A stretch of 64,000 nt of DNA from an uncultured Solirubrobacterales bacterium (lineage in GTDB: Bacteria; Actinomycetota; Thermoleophilia; Solirubrobacterales; 70-9). Below are positions 18,862 to 28,705 of the stretch, piece after piece (positions within the stretch are counted from its first letter, which is position 1; every line of letters starts with the position of its first letter). The stretch lies in NCBI GenBank assembly GCA_963797835.1, contig CAWCRN010000026.1, forward strand, positions 208,310 through 272,309, written 5' to 3'. Under the pieces are notes generated by a model. It searched no databases, had not been told where the DNA came from, and saw only the letters and a list, made by a program, of their open reading frames with translations. A program made the position numbers and the translations under genes.

Positions 18862-20343
18862 ATGAGGCGGACCGGCTTCGGCAGGGGCTTGGCGGCGATG
18901 GTCGCCGCGATGGCGCTCGCCGCCGTGGGGCTCCTTGCACCCGCCGCACACGCGGGCGTCGACACCACAGGCTCCCAGGGACTCGGCGATTCCTTCTTCC
19001 CGAAGTCCGGAAACGGCGGCTACAACGTCGAGCAGTACACCGTTGTCCTTCGCTACGACCCGGAGTCGAACCGGTTCCTCGGCGGCACGCGAACGCTCAT
19101 CGGCGCCGACGTCACACAGCCGGACGGGCTGACCCGGTTCAACCTCGACTACCGCGGCCCCGCGATCCGCAAGGTGAAGGTCGATGGTGAGGTGGCCTCC
19201 TTCTCGCGCAAGGGGCAGGAGCTGAGGATCGAGCCGGACTCGCTGCTCCCCCCGGGTGCGGACTTCCTGGTCGACGTGATCTACAGGGGTAAGCCCAAGC
19301 CCACGCGCGACCCAGACGGATCGGTCGATGGCTGGGTGCCCACCTCCGACGGAGCCGTCGTGGTCGGCGAGCCACGGGGCAACCCCACGTGGTTCCCGTC
19401 GAACGACCACCCCTCCGACAAGGCGCTGATCGAGGTCTCGGTCGAGGTCCCCAAGCCCTACAAGGCTGTCTCCAACGGCACCCTGGAGGACGTCTTCGAC
19501 CTCGGCGACACGCGCGAGTTCCGCTGGTCGAGCGACGACCCGATGGCCACCTACCTGGCGACGGCGACGGTCGGGAAGTTCGACACCGAGGAGGTCATCG
19601 ACCCGCCCGGGAGCACCAGCTACTCCTACGTCGCGGTCGACAAGCGCTTCACCGGCGACGGCGCGATCGACCGCAACCTCGAGATCATCGACCACTTCGA
19701 CGAGACCCTCGGCCCGTACCCGTACGACGAGACCGGCGGGATCGTCGACACCGCCCCCTCAGTGGACTTCGCCCTCGAGACCCAGACCCGCCCGATCTAC
19801 CCGGGGCCGCCAGGGGACGTCCTCGTGGCGCACGAGCTGGCGCACCAGTGGTTCGGCAACGAGATCACTTTGGCCGACTGGTCGGAGATCTGGCTGAACG
19901 AGGGCTTCGCGACCTGGGCCGAGTGGTGGTGGGAGGCAGCTGACGGAGGCCCGACGATGGGAGAACGCCTCGTTGACTTTTGCGCCTTCGGGCCCTTCAA
20001 CCCCCCGCCGGGGGACGTCCCGGGCCCTGAGCAGATGTTCTTCGACAGCGTCTATGAGCGCGGCGGCGCGGCGCTCGAGGCCCTGCGGGAGCTGATCGGC
20101 GATACCGAGTTCTTCGCCATCCTCGCGACCTGGACCGCCCAGGACCCGTACGGCTCGGTCACCACCGACGAGCTCGAGGATCTCGTCAAGGACACGTCGA
20201 GCGTCCCCGAGCAGGACATCGAGGACCACTTCGACGACTGGGTCTTCGAGGACGGCAAGCCCCAGGGCTGTTCGGCACCGAGATCCCGCTCAGCCGAGCT
20301 CGACGCCGCGTTCGGCGTACCGGAGCTCTCGCTTCGGCGCTGA
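18862..20343 (+). CDS. secreted M1-family zinc metallopeptidase (aminopeptidase N-like)
   Basis: Signal peptide MRRTGFGRGLAAMVAAMALAAVGLLAPAAHA. HELAHQWFG-x18-E (WLNEGF) zinc site. Confidence 0.85.
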   Translation: MRRTGFGRGLAAMVAAMALAAVGLLAPAAHAGVDTTGSQGLGDSFFPKSGNGGYNVEQYTVVLRYDPESNRFLGGTRTLIGADVTQPDGLTRFNLDYRGPAIRKVKVDGEVASFSRKGQELRIEPDSLLPPGADFLVDVIYRGKPKPTRDPDGSVDGWVPTSDGAVVVGEPRGNPTWFPSNDHPSDKALIEVSVEVPKPYKAVSNGTLEDVFDLGDTREFRWSSDDPMATYLATATVGKFDTEEVIDPPGSTSYSYVAVDKRFTGDGAIDRNLEIIDHFDETLGPYPYDETGGIVDTAPSVDFALETQTRPIYPGPPGDVLVAHELAHQWFGNEITLADWSEIWLNEGFATWAEWWWEAADGGPTMGERLVDFCAFGPFNPPPGDVPGPEQMFFDSVYERGGAALEALRELIGDTEFFAILATWTAQDPYGSVTTDELEDLVKDTSSVPEQDIEDHFDDWVFEDGKPQGCSAPRSRSAELDAAFGVPELSLRR

Positions 20344-22561
20344 GCACGACCACTCGCCCTCGATCCAGCTGACCGTCGTGCCGTCCGCCAGGCGCGCCTT
20401 GGCCCGCCCGCCGGCCGGCTGGCCCCAAAGCGTCGCCTCCAGGGGGCGCTCCGCCTCGGGGGTGTCGCCCAGCCCCCGCGCCACGTGCCCGGCGGGGTGC
20501 GTGACGACGATCGAGCCGCGGCGAACCCAGACCGGGATCCTGTCCCGCGGCGCGGCGGCTGTCAGCTCGTGGCCGCCCGCGACGGGCTCGCCAGTCCAGA
20601 AGTCGAGCCACTGGCCCCTCGGCAGGTGGACGGACCGATCGAGCGCGCCCTCCTCCAGGACCGGCGCCACCCACAGCGCCGGGCCAAAGCCGTAGGCGTC
20701 GGCGATCTCCCAGCCGCGGGGATCGGAGGGATCGGTCAGGCAGAGCGGGCGGACGATGGGAAGCCCGCTGCGTTCGCACGTTGCGGCGGAGGCACGGATG
20801 TAGGGGACGAGGCGCTCGTGCAGCAGCACGTAGTCGCGGTAGGTCGCGAGCGTGCCGTCGTCGTAGCGCCACGCCTCCTGCGCGAAGCGGCCGTGGGCCT
20901 GCATCAGCGGCGTGAAGCATCCGAACTGAACCCAGCGCAGCAGGAGCTCGCGCGGGCAGCGCTCGACCAGGAGCTTGCCGAGGTAGCCGCCCACGTCGTG
21001 GGACCAGTTGGAGAAGCCGCTGGCGGCCGCCGTGAGCGTCGCCGCCACCAGCGTCCTAAGCGACCAGAAGTCCGACGCCTGGTCGCCGCCCCACAGCAGG
21101 CCCGTGGCCTGCTGGCCGGTCCAGCCGCAGCGCCCGAACAGGACGCCCGCGCCCGGGTGGACCTCGTCCAGCACCTCCTGCATGGTCTCGCGGTAGAGGC
21201 GCCCGTAGTCCCAGGCCAGCTCGGCGCCGGTGCGTCCGTCGGCGAAGCGCGAGTCGGGCGGGAAGTAGTAGCCCTCGCCGTCGTCGGCCTTGATCCCCTC
21301 GACCCCCATCTCCAGCACGCCGCGCGCCTGCGCCTTCCACCAGCGCCGGGCGGCGGCCGAGGTGAAGTCGATCGGCGAGCCCGTGCCCATCCACCAGCGC
21401 GCGACGAACGGGTCGCCGCCGGGCACGCGGACGAGGTGCCCGCTGATCGCCGCCTCGGAGTAGTTCGAGGCCGGCTGGCGGTGAAGGCTCTCCGACTGGG
21501 CGTCGCGGGGGTACTGGCCGTCGGCCGACTCGAGGTTCGTCCACGGCGTCACCCAGACCACCGTCCGAACGCCCTCGGCCCGCATCCTGCGGATCATCCC
21601 CTCGGGGTCGGGGAACTGGTAGGGGTTGAAGCGCCAGGTGTTGTACTGGGTCTCCCAGGGCGAGTCGATCACGATGGCGTCCAGCGGAAGCGAGTGCTCC
21701 TCGTAGCCGTCGAAGTCCTCCTCGACGTCGCGCTGGTGCTCGTAGATGTCGCGGCTCTTCCAGTGGCCGTACGCCCACTCCGGGAGGACGGGCGGAATGC
21801 CGGTGAGGCGCAGGAACCGGCGCAACCGCCCGGCCGGGGTGGGGTCGCACAGCAGGTGCAGGCGAAGCGGCCCCGCGTCGGCACGCTGGGAGACCGCGAT
21901 CGGCTCACCCAGGTCGAACTGGAGCCCCGGCCCGTCGGTCTGCGCCCAGACGGCGGTCCCGGCGCTCGACAGGACCCAGGGCATGGGCGAGTAGTCGCCC
22001 TGGGGGATGCCGCCCTCCTCGAGCAGGTCCGGCGGGCAATCGGGCCCCGTGTATCGGCGGTCGGCCCCCAGCGTGACGTGCCTGCCGGTCTGGTCGAAGC
22101 GCTCGCCATGTCGCGCTCCGAGCCCCGTCAGGTGCTCCGCCGGGTGCGCACGCCAGGTGGCGTCGAGGCGGTAGGCATCGGCCGCGCGCAGCTCGGCGAG
22201 AACGCGTTCGCGGCCCGGCAGGGAGACCCGCAGCTCGAACGATCGTCCTCCCTCCAGCTCGCCCGCGACGGTCGCGATCCCCTCGGAGAGCTCCAGCAGT
22301 TCGGCCGAGGCCGGCTCCTCGAGGGGCCCGGCATCGTCCTCCTCGGGGATCACCCCCTCCGAGAGCTGGATGAAGCGATCGGCGCCGGTTCCGCCCCGGG
22401 CGCCGAAGCGCATGTCCTCGATCAGAGCGACCCCGCCGCGGCTCGAGCCGCAGGCGCAGCGGATCGAGGCGCACCTCCACCCCCAGCTCACCGCGGCGGA
22501 GCTCGACGGCCCCGGCTTGATTGCGGGTCTCGACCACATCCGCTTCCAGCCTGGTGGCCAC
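20290..22561 (-). pseudogene. glycoside hydrolase family 31, one net +1 frame break near the N-terminus (or sequencing error)
   Basis: Main frame carries GH31 motifs (VIDSPWETQYNTWRF, VEGIKADDGEG, WGGDQASDF). The N-terminal beta-domain (ATRLEADVVETRNQAGAVELRRGELGVEVRLDPLRLRLEPRRG) lies in another frame and joins at about 22445. Confidence 0.8.
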
Positions 22562-22616
22562 CAGCGCAGCATGCGTGGCGTGGGCACGCGGCGGGTTGCG
22601 ATCCGGTGAACCGGTG

Positions 22617-22655
22617 TTCACCGACCATTCACCCCTGATTTGCAGGTCGTTTACG
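22617..22655 (+). promoter_or_regulatory. PhoP-box-like array (4 hexamers phased at 11 nt)
   Basis: TTCACC-N5-TTCACC-N5-TTTGCA-N5-TTTACG, ending 61 nt upstream of the PHP::GT4 start. An inverted GGTGAA lies at 22605-22610. Confidence 0.45.
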
Positions 22656-22715
22656 TCTCGGCGCTCGCCGCAGGGCACGCTGTGGGCGACAAGTGAATCC
22701 AATGGGAGGACACCG

Positions 22716-25050
22716 ATGACCTCACCGACGACCACCCGGGTCGACATGCACTGCCACTCCACCGCCTCCGAGCTCGGCAAGCTCGGAATCCAGCGCAGCA
22801 TGGGGCTGCCGGAGTGCGCCACCCCTCCTGCGGAGGTGTACGAGCTCGCGAAGTCGCGCGGGATGGACTTCGTCACGATCACCGACCACGACACGATCGC
22901 CGGCTGTCTGGAGATCGTCGAGCGGCCCGACGTCTTCGTCTCCGAGGAGCTCACCACGTGGTTCAAGGACGAGCCGCAGGCGGTCCACGTGCTCTGTTAC
23001 GGCATCACTCCCTCCGACCACGAGTTCCTCCAGGCCCACGCCCGCGACCTCGAGACCTGCGCCGCCTACCTCCACGAGCGCGAGATCACCTGCGCGCTCG
23101 CGCATCCCTTCTTCCACGTCGAGGCTCCGCTCGAGGCGCGCCACCGCCGCCGCCTGGCCGAGCTGTTCGGCGTCTGGGAGGTCCGCAACGGGTCGCGGGC
23201 ACGCGAGCTGAACATGCCGGCCGCGCTCTACATCGACACGCACGGAGGCACCGGCATCGCTGGCTCCGACGACCACGCCGGCGTCGACATCGGCCGCACC
23301 TGGACGGAGACTCCGTCCGCGTCGACGCCGGAAGAGTTTCTGGCCCACATCGGGCGGGGAGAGGCCACCGCCCGCGGCGACCAGGGCTCGGCCGCCAAGT
23401 GGGCGCACACCGCGCTCGCGCTGGCCAGCCGGGCGCTGACGGCCGGGGGCGGCGAGGGTGGCGAGCCGATCGTCCTCGGCCCCCAGCACGTGATGATGCT
23501 GGCCGAGCGCGTCGTGGCCGACGGCGAGGAGCGCGGCGGCGAGGACGGCGGCGACCTCGGCCCTGCGGAGGGCCGGGCTCTGCTGCGCGCCTGGCTCGAG
23601 TCCGTGGGGCTCGACGGCCAGAACTGCCCCGACGGGATCGTCGCCTACATGAAGGCCAACGGGTTCAGCCACGCCGATCTCTACCGGCGCGCGAGGCGCA
23701 TCCATGAGAAGCGCCTCGCCGAGGCAACCGAGCGGCTCACCCACGCCGCAACGGCGGGTGAGGGGTACGGCGAGGCGGCCAAGGCGCTGTTCGACGCCTG
23801 CCTCCCAGCCGTGCCGTACGTGCCCTCGACCGCGATCCTCGCCAACGAGAAGGCGAAGCTGACCGCTCGCGAGGGCGAGCCGCGCAGGGTTGGCCTGATC
23901 GTCGACGCGGCAGGCTCCATGCACGGCGTCACCCACACCGTCGAGCGCATCCGCGAGCTCGGCGTGCCGGGCTACGACGTCGAGGTGATCGGAACCGATC
24001 CGCGCGTCGACCGCCGCCTCCCGGCCGTCGCCGAGGTGGACGTCCCCTATTACGCCGGGCTCCGGGTCGGCGTGCCGAGCGTGCCGGGGCTGGTCGAGAC
24101 GATCGCCGACGGCCGCTACGAGCTGCTGCACCTGGTCTCGCCCGGGCCCGGCGGGCATCGGGGCCGCCGTTGCGGCGCGGATCGGCGGCACGCCGATCTG
24201 CGGGAGCTACCACACCGAGCTGGCCGCCTACGCTGGGGTCCGCGCCGCTGATCCGCGGATCGAGGCGGGGATGCGGATGGCGCTCTCGGTGTTCTACGGC
24301 CAGTGCGAGGTCGTGCTGTCCCCCAGCCCGGCCTCCGATCGTTCGCTTGCCGCGCTCGGCATCCAGCCCGAGCGAATCGGCCGCTGGGCCCGCGGCGTCG
24401 ACATCGCCCTGTACGAGGGCGCCCGCCGCGACCCCGGTGCCTTCCCGGGAGAGGTCAAGGTGCTCTACGCGGGTCGCCTGACCAAGGAGAAGGGCTCCGA
24501 TCTCTCGACCGAGTCCTTCATTCGGGCGCACGAGCGCGATCCGCGCCTGCACCTGCTGCTGGCCGGCGGCGGGCCCGAGGAGGACGAGCTGCGCGCTCGC
24601 CTGGGCGCCCGCGCCACCTTCCTCGGCTGGCTCGATCGCAGCGAGCTCGCGACCGCCTACGCGAGCGCCGACATCTTCCTCTTCTGCTCGCAGACCGACA
24701 CCTACGGCCAGGTGATCGCCGAAGCGCAGGCGAGCGGCCTGCCGGTCGTCGCCGTCGACGAGGGCGGCCCCGCCTCGCTGATTCAAGACCGTCAGACCGG
24801 CTGGCTCTGCGAGCCCGACGCGAACATCATCGCGGCCGCGGTCGCGCAGCTCGCCGCCTCGTCCTTCCTGCGCGAGCGGATGTCGCGCGCCGCGATCGAG
24901 TCGGTCCGGGGCCGCACCTGGGAGGTCGCGATGGAGCAGCTCGCCCAGGGCTACGACCGCGCCCTCGGCGGCGGCGAGCCCGCCAGCCGCAAGCCCTGGG
25001 AGCGAGCGCCGCGCACGGGCGCGCCCGCGCCGCTGGTCCACGCGGCCTGA
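22716..25050 (+). pseudogene. PHP-domain phosphoesterase fused to GT4 glycosyltransferase, one net +1 frame break (or sequencing error)
   Basis: RBS GGGAGGA followed by ATG 22716. PHP motifs MHCHS, ITDHD, AHPF and GSDDHAG. GT4 part: ...LHLVSPGP|AGIGAAVAARIGGTPICGSYHTE (frame change about 24150), KGSDL, EAQASGLPVVAVDEGG. Confidence 0.8.
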
Positions 25051-25066
25051 AGGACCTCGCCCGCGG

Positions 25067-25083
25067 TTCACACCCGCTTGACC
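25067..25083 (+). promoter_or_regulatory. possible PhoP-box pair TTCACA-N5-TTGACC (or a -35 element)
   Basis: Lies 32 nt upstream of the ppk1 start. The second hexamer is degenerate. Confidence 0.3.
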
Positions 25084-25114
25084 CACCGGGTCGGTCGAGG
25101 GTTAGCATGGATGC

Positions 25115-27310
25115 TTGGAGAAGTCCTTGGAGACCAGTGAGACAGACGCGATAACGACCGGCACGGTCAGCGGCACGGGGAACGGCGCCGGCCTCACTGG
25201 GCGGGAGCAGGCGTCGCCTGACCTGGAGGACCCGTCGCTCTACTTCAACCGCGAGCTGTCCTGGCTCGATTTCAACGACCGGGTGCTCCAGCTCGCGGAG
25301 GACCGGTCGGTGCCGCTCCTGGAGCGCGTCAAGTTCTGCGCGATCTGGGAGTCGAACCTCGACGAGTTCTACATGGTGCGGGTGGCGAACCTCCAGGACC
25401 AGGTCGAGGCGGGCGTGGACGCCCGGGGTGCCGACGGGCTGAGCGCGGCGGAGCAGCTGCATGCGATCCGCCGGCAGGTGATCGGCCAGCGTGAGCGCAT
25501 CGAGCGCTGCTGGACCGGCGAGCTGAAGCCCGCGCTGGCCGAGCACGGGATCCGGCTGATCGCGCCGGCCGACGCCGACGCCGCGCTCGTGGGCGACCTC
25601 GAGCGCCTCTTCCGGGCGCAGGTCTTCCCGGCGCTTACGCCGCTCGTGATCGGCCTCGGGCGGCCGTTCCCCTACATCTCGAACCTCTCGCTCAGCCTCG
25701 GCGTGCTCCTGCGCGACCCCGACCAGGACGTCGAGGTGCTGGCGCGCGTCAAGGTGCCGAAGGAGCTCCTCGGCCGCTTCCTCCGAGTGAACGGCGACGA
25801 GACCACGATGGTCCCGCTCGAGGACCTGATCGCCGCCAACCTGGAGAGCCTGTTCCCGGGGATGGAGGTCCTCGACCACTCCTTCTTCCGGGTCACCCGC
25901 GACACGGACTACGACGTCTCCGACGAGGCGGACGACCTGATGGAGGCCGTCGAGGAGGAGCTTCGCCGCCGCCGCTTCGGTGAGGTGGTGCGCCTCGAGG
26001 TGGAGCGCGGGATGAGCCCCCGCCTGCGCGAGCCGCTGGTGTCGGCGCTCGGGATCAAGGACGACGAGGTCGACGAGTTCGACGGCCCGCTCGACCTCTC
26101 CGACCTGTGGGCGATCCACGGGCTCAAGGGCTTCTCCGACCTGCGCGACCCGCCCCACACCGGCGTCACGCAGCCGCGCCTGGTCGGCGAGGACGGCAAG
26201 GACCCCGACGTCTTCGCCGCGATGCGCGAGGGCGACATCCTCGTCCACCACCCCTACGACTCGTTCACGACCTCGGTCGATCGGTTCGTAAAGCAGGCAG
26301 TCGCCGACCCGGACGTGCTCGCGATCAAGCAGACCGTGTACCGGACCAGCTCCGACTCGCCCCTGGTTCCGGGGCTGATCGAGGCCGCCGAGCGCGGCAA
26401 GCAGGCCGTGTGCATGGTGGAGCTGAAGGCGCGATTCGACGAGAGCGCGAACATCAAGTGGGCGAAGAAGCTGGAGCAGGCGGGCGTGCACGTCGTCTAC
26501 GGCATCCCGTCGCTGAAGACCCACTGCAAGTGCGTGCTGGTCGTCCGCCGCGAGGGCGACGGCGTCCGCCACTACGTGCACATCGGGACCGGCAACTACA
26601 ACCCGAAGACGGCGCGCATCTACACCGACGTTGGCCTGTTCACGGCCGACCCGGACATCGGCTCCGACGTCGCCGAGATGTTCAACTACCTGACCGGGTA
26701 CGCGAGGCCTCGGAGCTATCGCAAGGTCAAGGTGGCCCCGTTCAATCTGAAGGAGACGATCCTGGAGGAGATCGAGAGGACGATCGCCTCGCACTCGCCG
26801 TCCCAGCCCGCCCGTATCCGGCTGAAGATGAACTCGCTGCTCGACGCGAAGTCGATCCGCGCCCTCTACCGCGCGTCGCAGGCCGGGGTGGAGGTCGAGC
26901 TGAACGTTCGCGGGATCTGCGCCCTGCGGCCCGAGGTGCCGGGCGTGTCGGAGAACATCGCCGTGACCTCCGTGGTCGGGCGCTTCCTCGAGCACTCGAG
27001 GATCTACTCCTTCGAGCGCCCCGGCGAGGACGAGAGCATCTACTTCGGCTCGGCCGACCTGATGCCGCGGAACCTCTACAACCGGGTGGAGCTGCTCGTT
27101 CCCATCGAGGACGCAAGGGTGCGCGCCGACCTCCTGGACGTCCTCGACCGCTCGCTCGCCGACAACACCAACGCCTGGGAGCTCCGCGCCGACGGCAGCT
27201 GGGAGCGCCGCCGCCCGGACGGCGATCCGCGCAACGTCCAGCGCCAGCTGATCGAGCGCCACGCGGCCCGCGTCTCGGAATCCGCGACGCTCGAGACCGT
27301 CAAGCGCTGA
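25115..27310 (+). CDS. ppk: polyphosphate kinase 1
   Basis: 731 aa. N-terminal YFNRELSWLDFNDRVL, middle and two PLD-like C-terminal domains. The TTG start is approximate. Confidence 0.9.
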   Translation: MEKSLETSETDAITTGTVSGTGNGAGLTGREQASPDLEDPSLYFNRELSWLDFNDRVLQLAEDRSVPLLERVKFCAIWESNLDEFYMVRVANLQDQVEAGVDARGADGLSAAEQLHAIRRQVIGQRERIERCWTGELKPALAEHGIRLIAPADADAALVGDLERLFRAQVFPALTPLVIGLGRPFPYISNLSLSLGVLLRDPDQDVEVLARVKVPKELLGRFLRVNGDETTMVPLEDLIAANLESLFPGMEVLDHSFFRVTRDTDYDVSDEADDLMEAVEEELRRRRFGEVVRLEVERGMSPRLREPLVSALGIKDDEVDEFDGPLDLSDLWAIHGLKGFSDLRDPPHTGVTQPRLVGEDGKDPDVFAAMREGDILVHHPYDSFTTSVDRFVKQAVADPDVLAIKQTVYRTSSDSPLVPGLIEAAERGKQAVCMVELKARFDESANIKWAKKLEQAGVHVVYGIPSLKTHCKCVLVVRREGDGVRHYVHIGTGNYNPKTARIYTDVGLFTADPDIGSDVAEMFNYLTGYARPRSYRKVKVAPFNLKETILEEIERTIASHSPSQPARIRLKMNSLLDAKSIRALYRASQAGVEVELNVRGICALRPEVPGVSENIAVTSVVGRFLEHSRIYSFERPGEDESIYFGSADLMPRNLYNRVELLVPIEDARVRADLLDVLDRSLADNTNAWELRADGSWERRRPDGDPRNVQRQLIERHAARVSESATLETVKR

Positions 27311-27351
27311 GCGCAGCGGTGCCCCGCCGGGCCCGGGCGTACGATCGATCC

Positions 27352-28440
27352 GTGCCCGTAAGGAGGGTGATCGCCCACCTCGACATGGACGCGTTCTTCG
27401 TGGCGGTCGAGCTGCTGCGCCGGCCCGAGCTGCGAGGCAAGCCCGTGGTGGTGGCCGGCTCCGGCCCGCGGGCGGTGGTCACGACCGCCTCGTACGAGGC
27501 CCGGCCGTTCGGGGTCGGCTCGGCGATGCCGGCCGCCGTGGCGCGCAGGCGATGCCCCGACGCGGTCTTCATCCCGACTGACCACGCCTACTACCGGGCC
27601 AAGTCCGGGGAGGTGGGCGAGATCGTGGCCGAGCTGGACCGCCCGGGGGAATGGACGTCGCTGGACGAGGTCTACCTGGACCTGACCGGCGTCGACTACC
27701 CGATCGAGGAGATGAGCGGGCTGGTGCGCAGGATCCGCGAGGAGCTGGGCCTCGATGCCTCGGTCGGGATCGGGCCCAACAAGCTCGTCGCGAAGGTGGC
27801 CTCCGACGCCGAGAAGCCGCGCGGGTTCGTGGTGCTCACGCGCGAGCAGGCGGCCGAGCGCTTCGCGCCCGAGTCGCCGCGGCTCCTACCCGGGATCGGC
27901 CCGAAGACGGCGGCGCGGCTGGAGGGCTACGGGGTGCGGACGATCGGCACGCTCCAGCGCTGCACCCTCGGAGGCCTGCGCGAGCGCTTCGGTGAGCGCC
28001 AGGGCCACTACCTCCACGACCTCGCTCACTTTCGCCACGACTCGCCGGTCACGACCGACCGGGTCGCGAAGTCGCGCTCGGTCGAGTCCACATTCGACCG
28101 CGACGTGGCCGACCTGCCCGAGATGGAGCGGATCCTGCGCGAGCAGGCCGAGCGGCTCGCCGAAACGCTGGCCAAGCGCGGGATCCGCGGCCGCACCGTG
28201 GCGATCAAGGTCCGCCATGACGACTTCAGCACCCTCACCCGCGCCCGCACGATCCCCGAGCACACGAACGACGCGGCAACGATCGCGGACGTGGCCGTCG
28301 AGTTGCTGCGTGAGAACCGGCCCGAGCGGCCCGTGCGCCTCCTCGGTGTCCGCCTGGCCGGCTTCGAGGACGCGGAGGCGCCGCCGCGCGCGGGCGACGA
28401 GCCTCAGACAGCGCTCGCCCTGGACGCGACCGCGCGATGA
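27352..28440 (+). CDS. dinB: DNA polymerase IV (Y-family)
   Basis: GTG 27352. IAHLDMDAFFVAVE, SLDEVYLD and GIGPNKLVAKVAS motifs. It is the second half of the ORF 26107-28440. Confidence 0.9.
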   Translation: MPVRRVIAHLDMDAFFVAVELLRRPELRGKPVVVAGSGPRAVVTTASYEARPFGVGSAMPAAVARRRCPDAVFIPTDHAYYRAKSGEVGEIVAELDRPGEWTSLDEVYLDLTGVDYPIEEMSGLVRRIREELGLDASVGIGPNKLVAKVASDAEKPRGFVVLTREQAAERFAPESPRLLPGIGPKTAARLEGYGVRTIGTLQRCTLGGLRERFGERQGHYLHDLAHFRHDSPVTTDRVAKSRSVESTFDRDVADLPEMERILREQAERLAETLAKRGIRGRTVAIKVRHDDFSTLTRARTIPEHTNDAATIADVAVELLRENRPERPVRLLGVRLAGFEDAEAPPRAGDEPQTALALDATAR

Positions 28441-28625
28441 GCGACCGCGAGTCGGCGATCGATCGCGAGCGGGCCGCGTGCCGGAGCAAGCGCCGCTTCC
28501 CCAACCGCCGTGAGGCCGAGGAGGCCGCCTACCGGATCCGCCTCGAGGGGACCGAGCTGGACGTCTATGAGTGCATCTGGTGCCGGGGTTGGCATCTGAC
28601 CAGTCGGGGTGGCGGGACCGGCTAG
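28437..28625 (+). CDS. small Cys/His protein coupled to dinB (hypothetical)
   Basis: 62 aa. The ATG overlaps the dinB stop (ATGA). Contains C-x30-CIWC-x3-H (YECIWCRGWHL). Confidence 0.5.
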   Translation: MSDRESAIDRERAACRSKRRFPNRREAEEAAYRIRLEGTELDVYECIWCRGWHLTSRGGGTG

Positions 28626-28705
28626 GGCTCCGGCCGTCAAGTAGTGCGCGAGGCGGCGCGGTTCACGGTTATCACTGAGGAAGTGAGGTCGAGGGGCTCC
28701 AGCTC

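Noticed and set aside
20290-20343. 54-nt convergent overlap between the 3' ends of the M1 peptidase and GH31 genes.
   Set aside because: I checked the alternative frames of both genes and found no earlier stop that a single indel would restore. A modest natural overlap or slightly extended tails is the simplest explanation. I see nothing functional in it.
24827-27262. 811-aa ORF antisense to ppk1. Similar long ORFs include 1674-3248, 22722-24191, 42610-44232 and 61100-62659.
   Set aside because: These are Arg/Pro/Gly/Ala-rich shadow ORFs typical of the antisense and off-frames of high-GC genes. Each fully overlaps a gene with clear family motifs, and none has recognisable domains.
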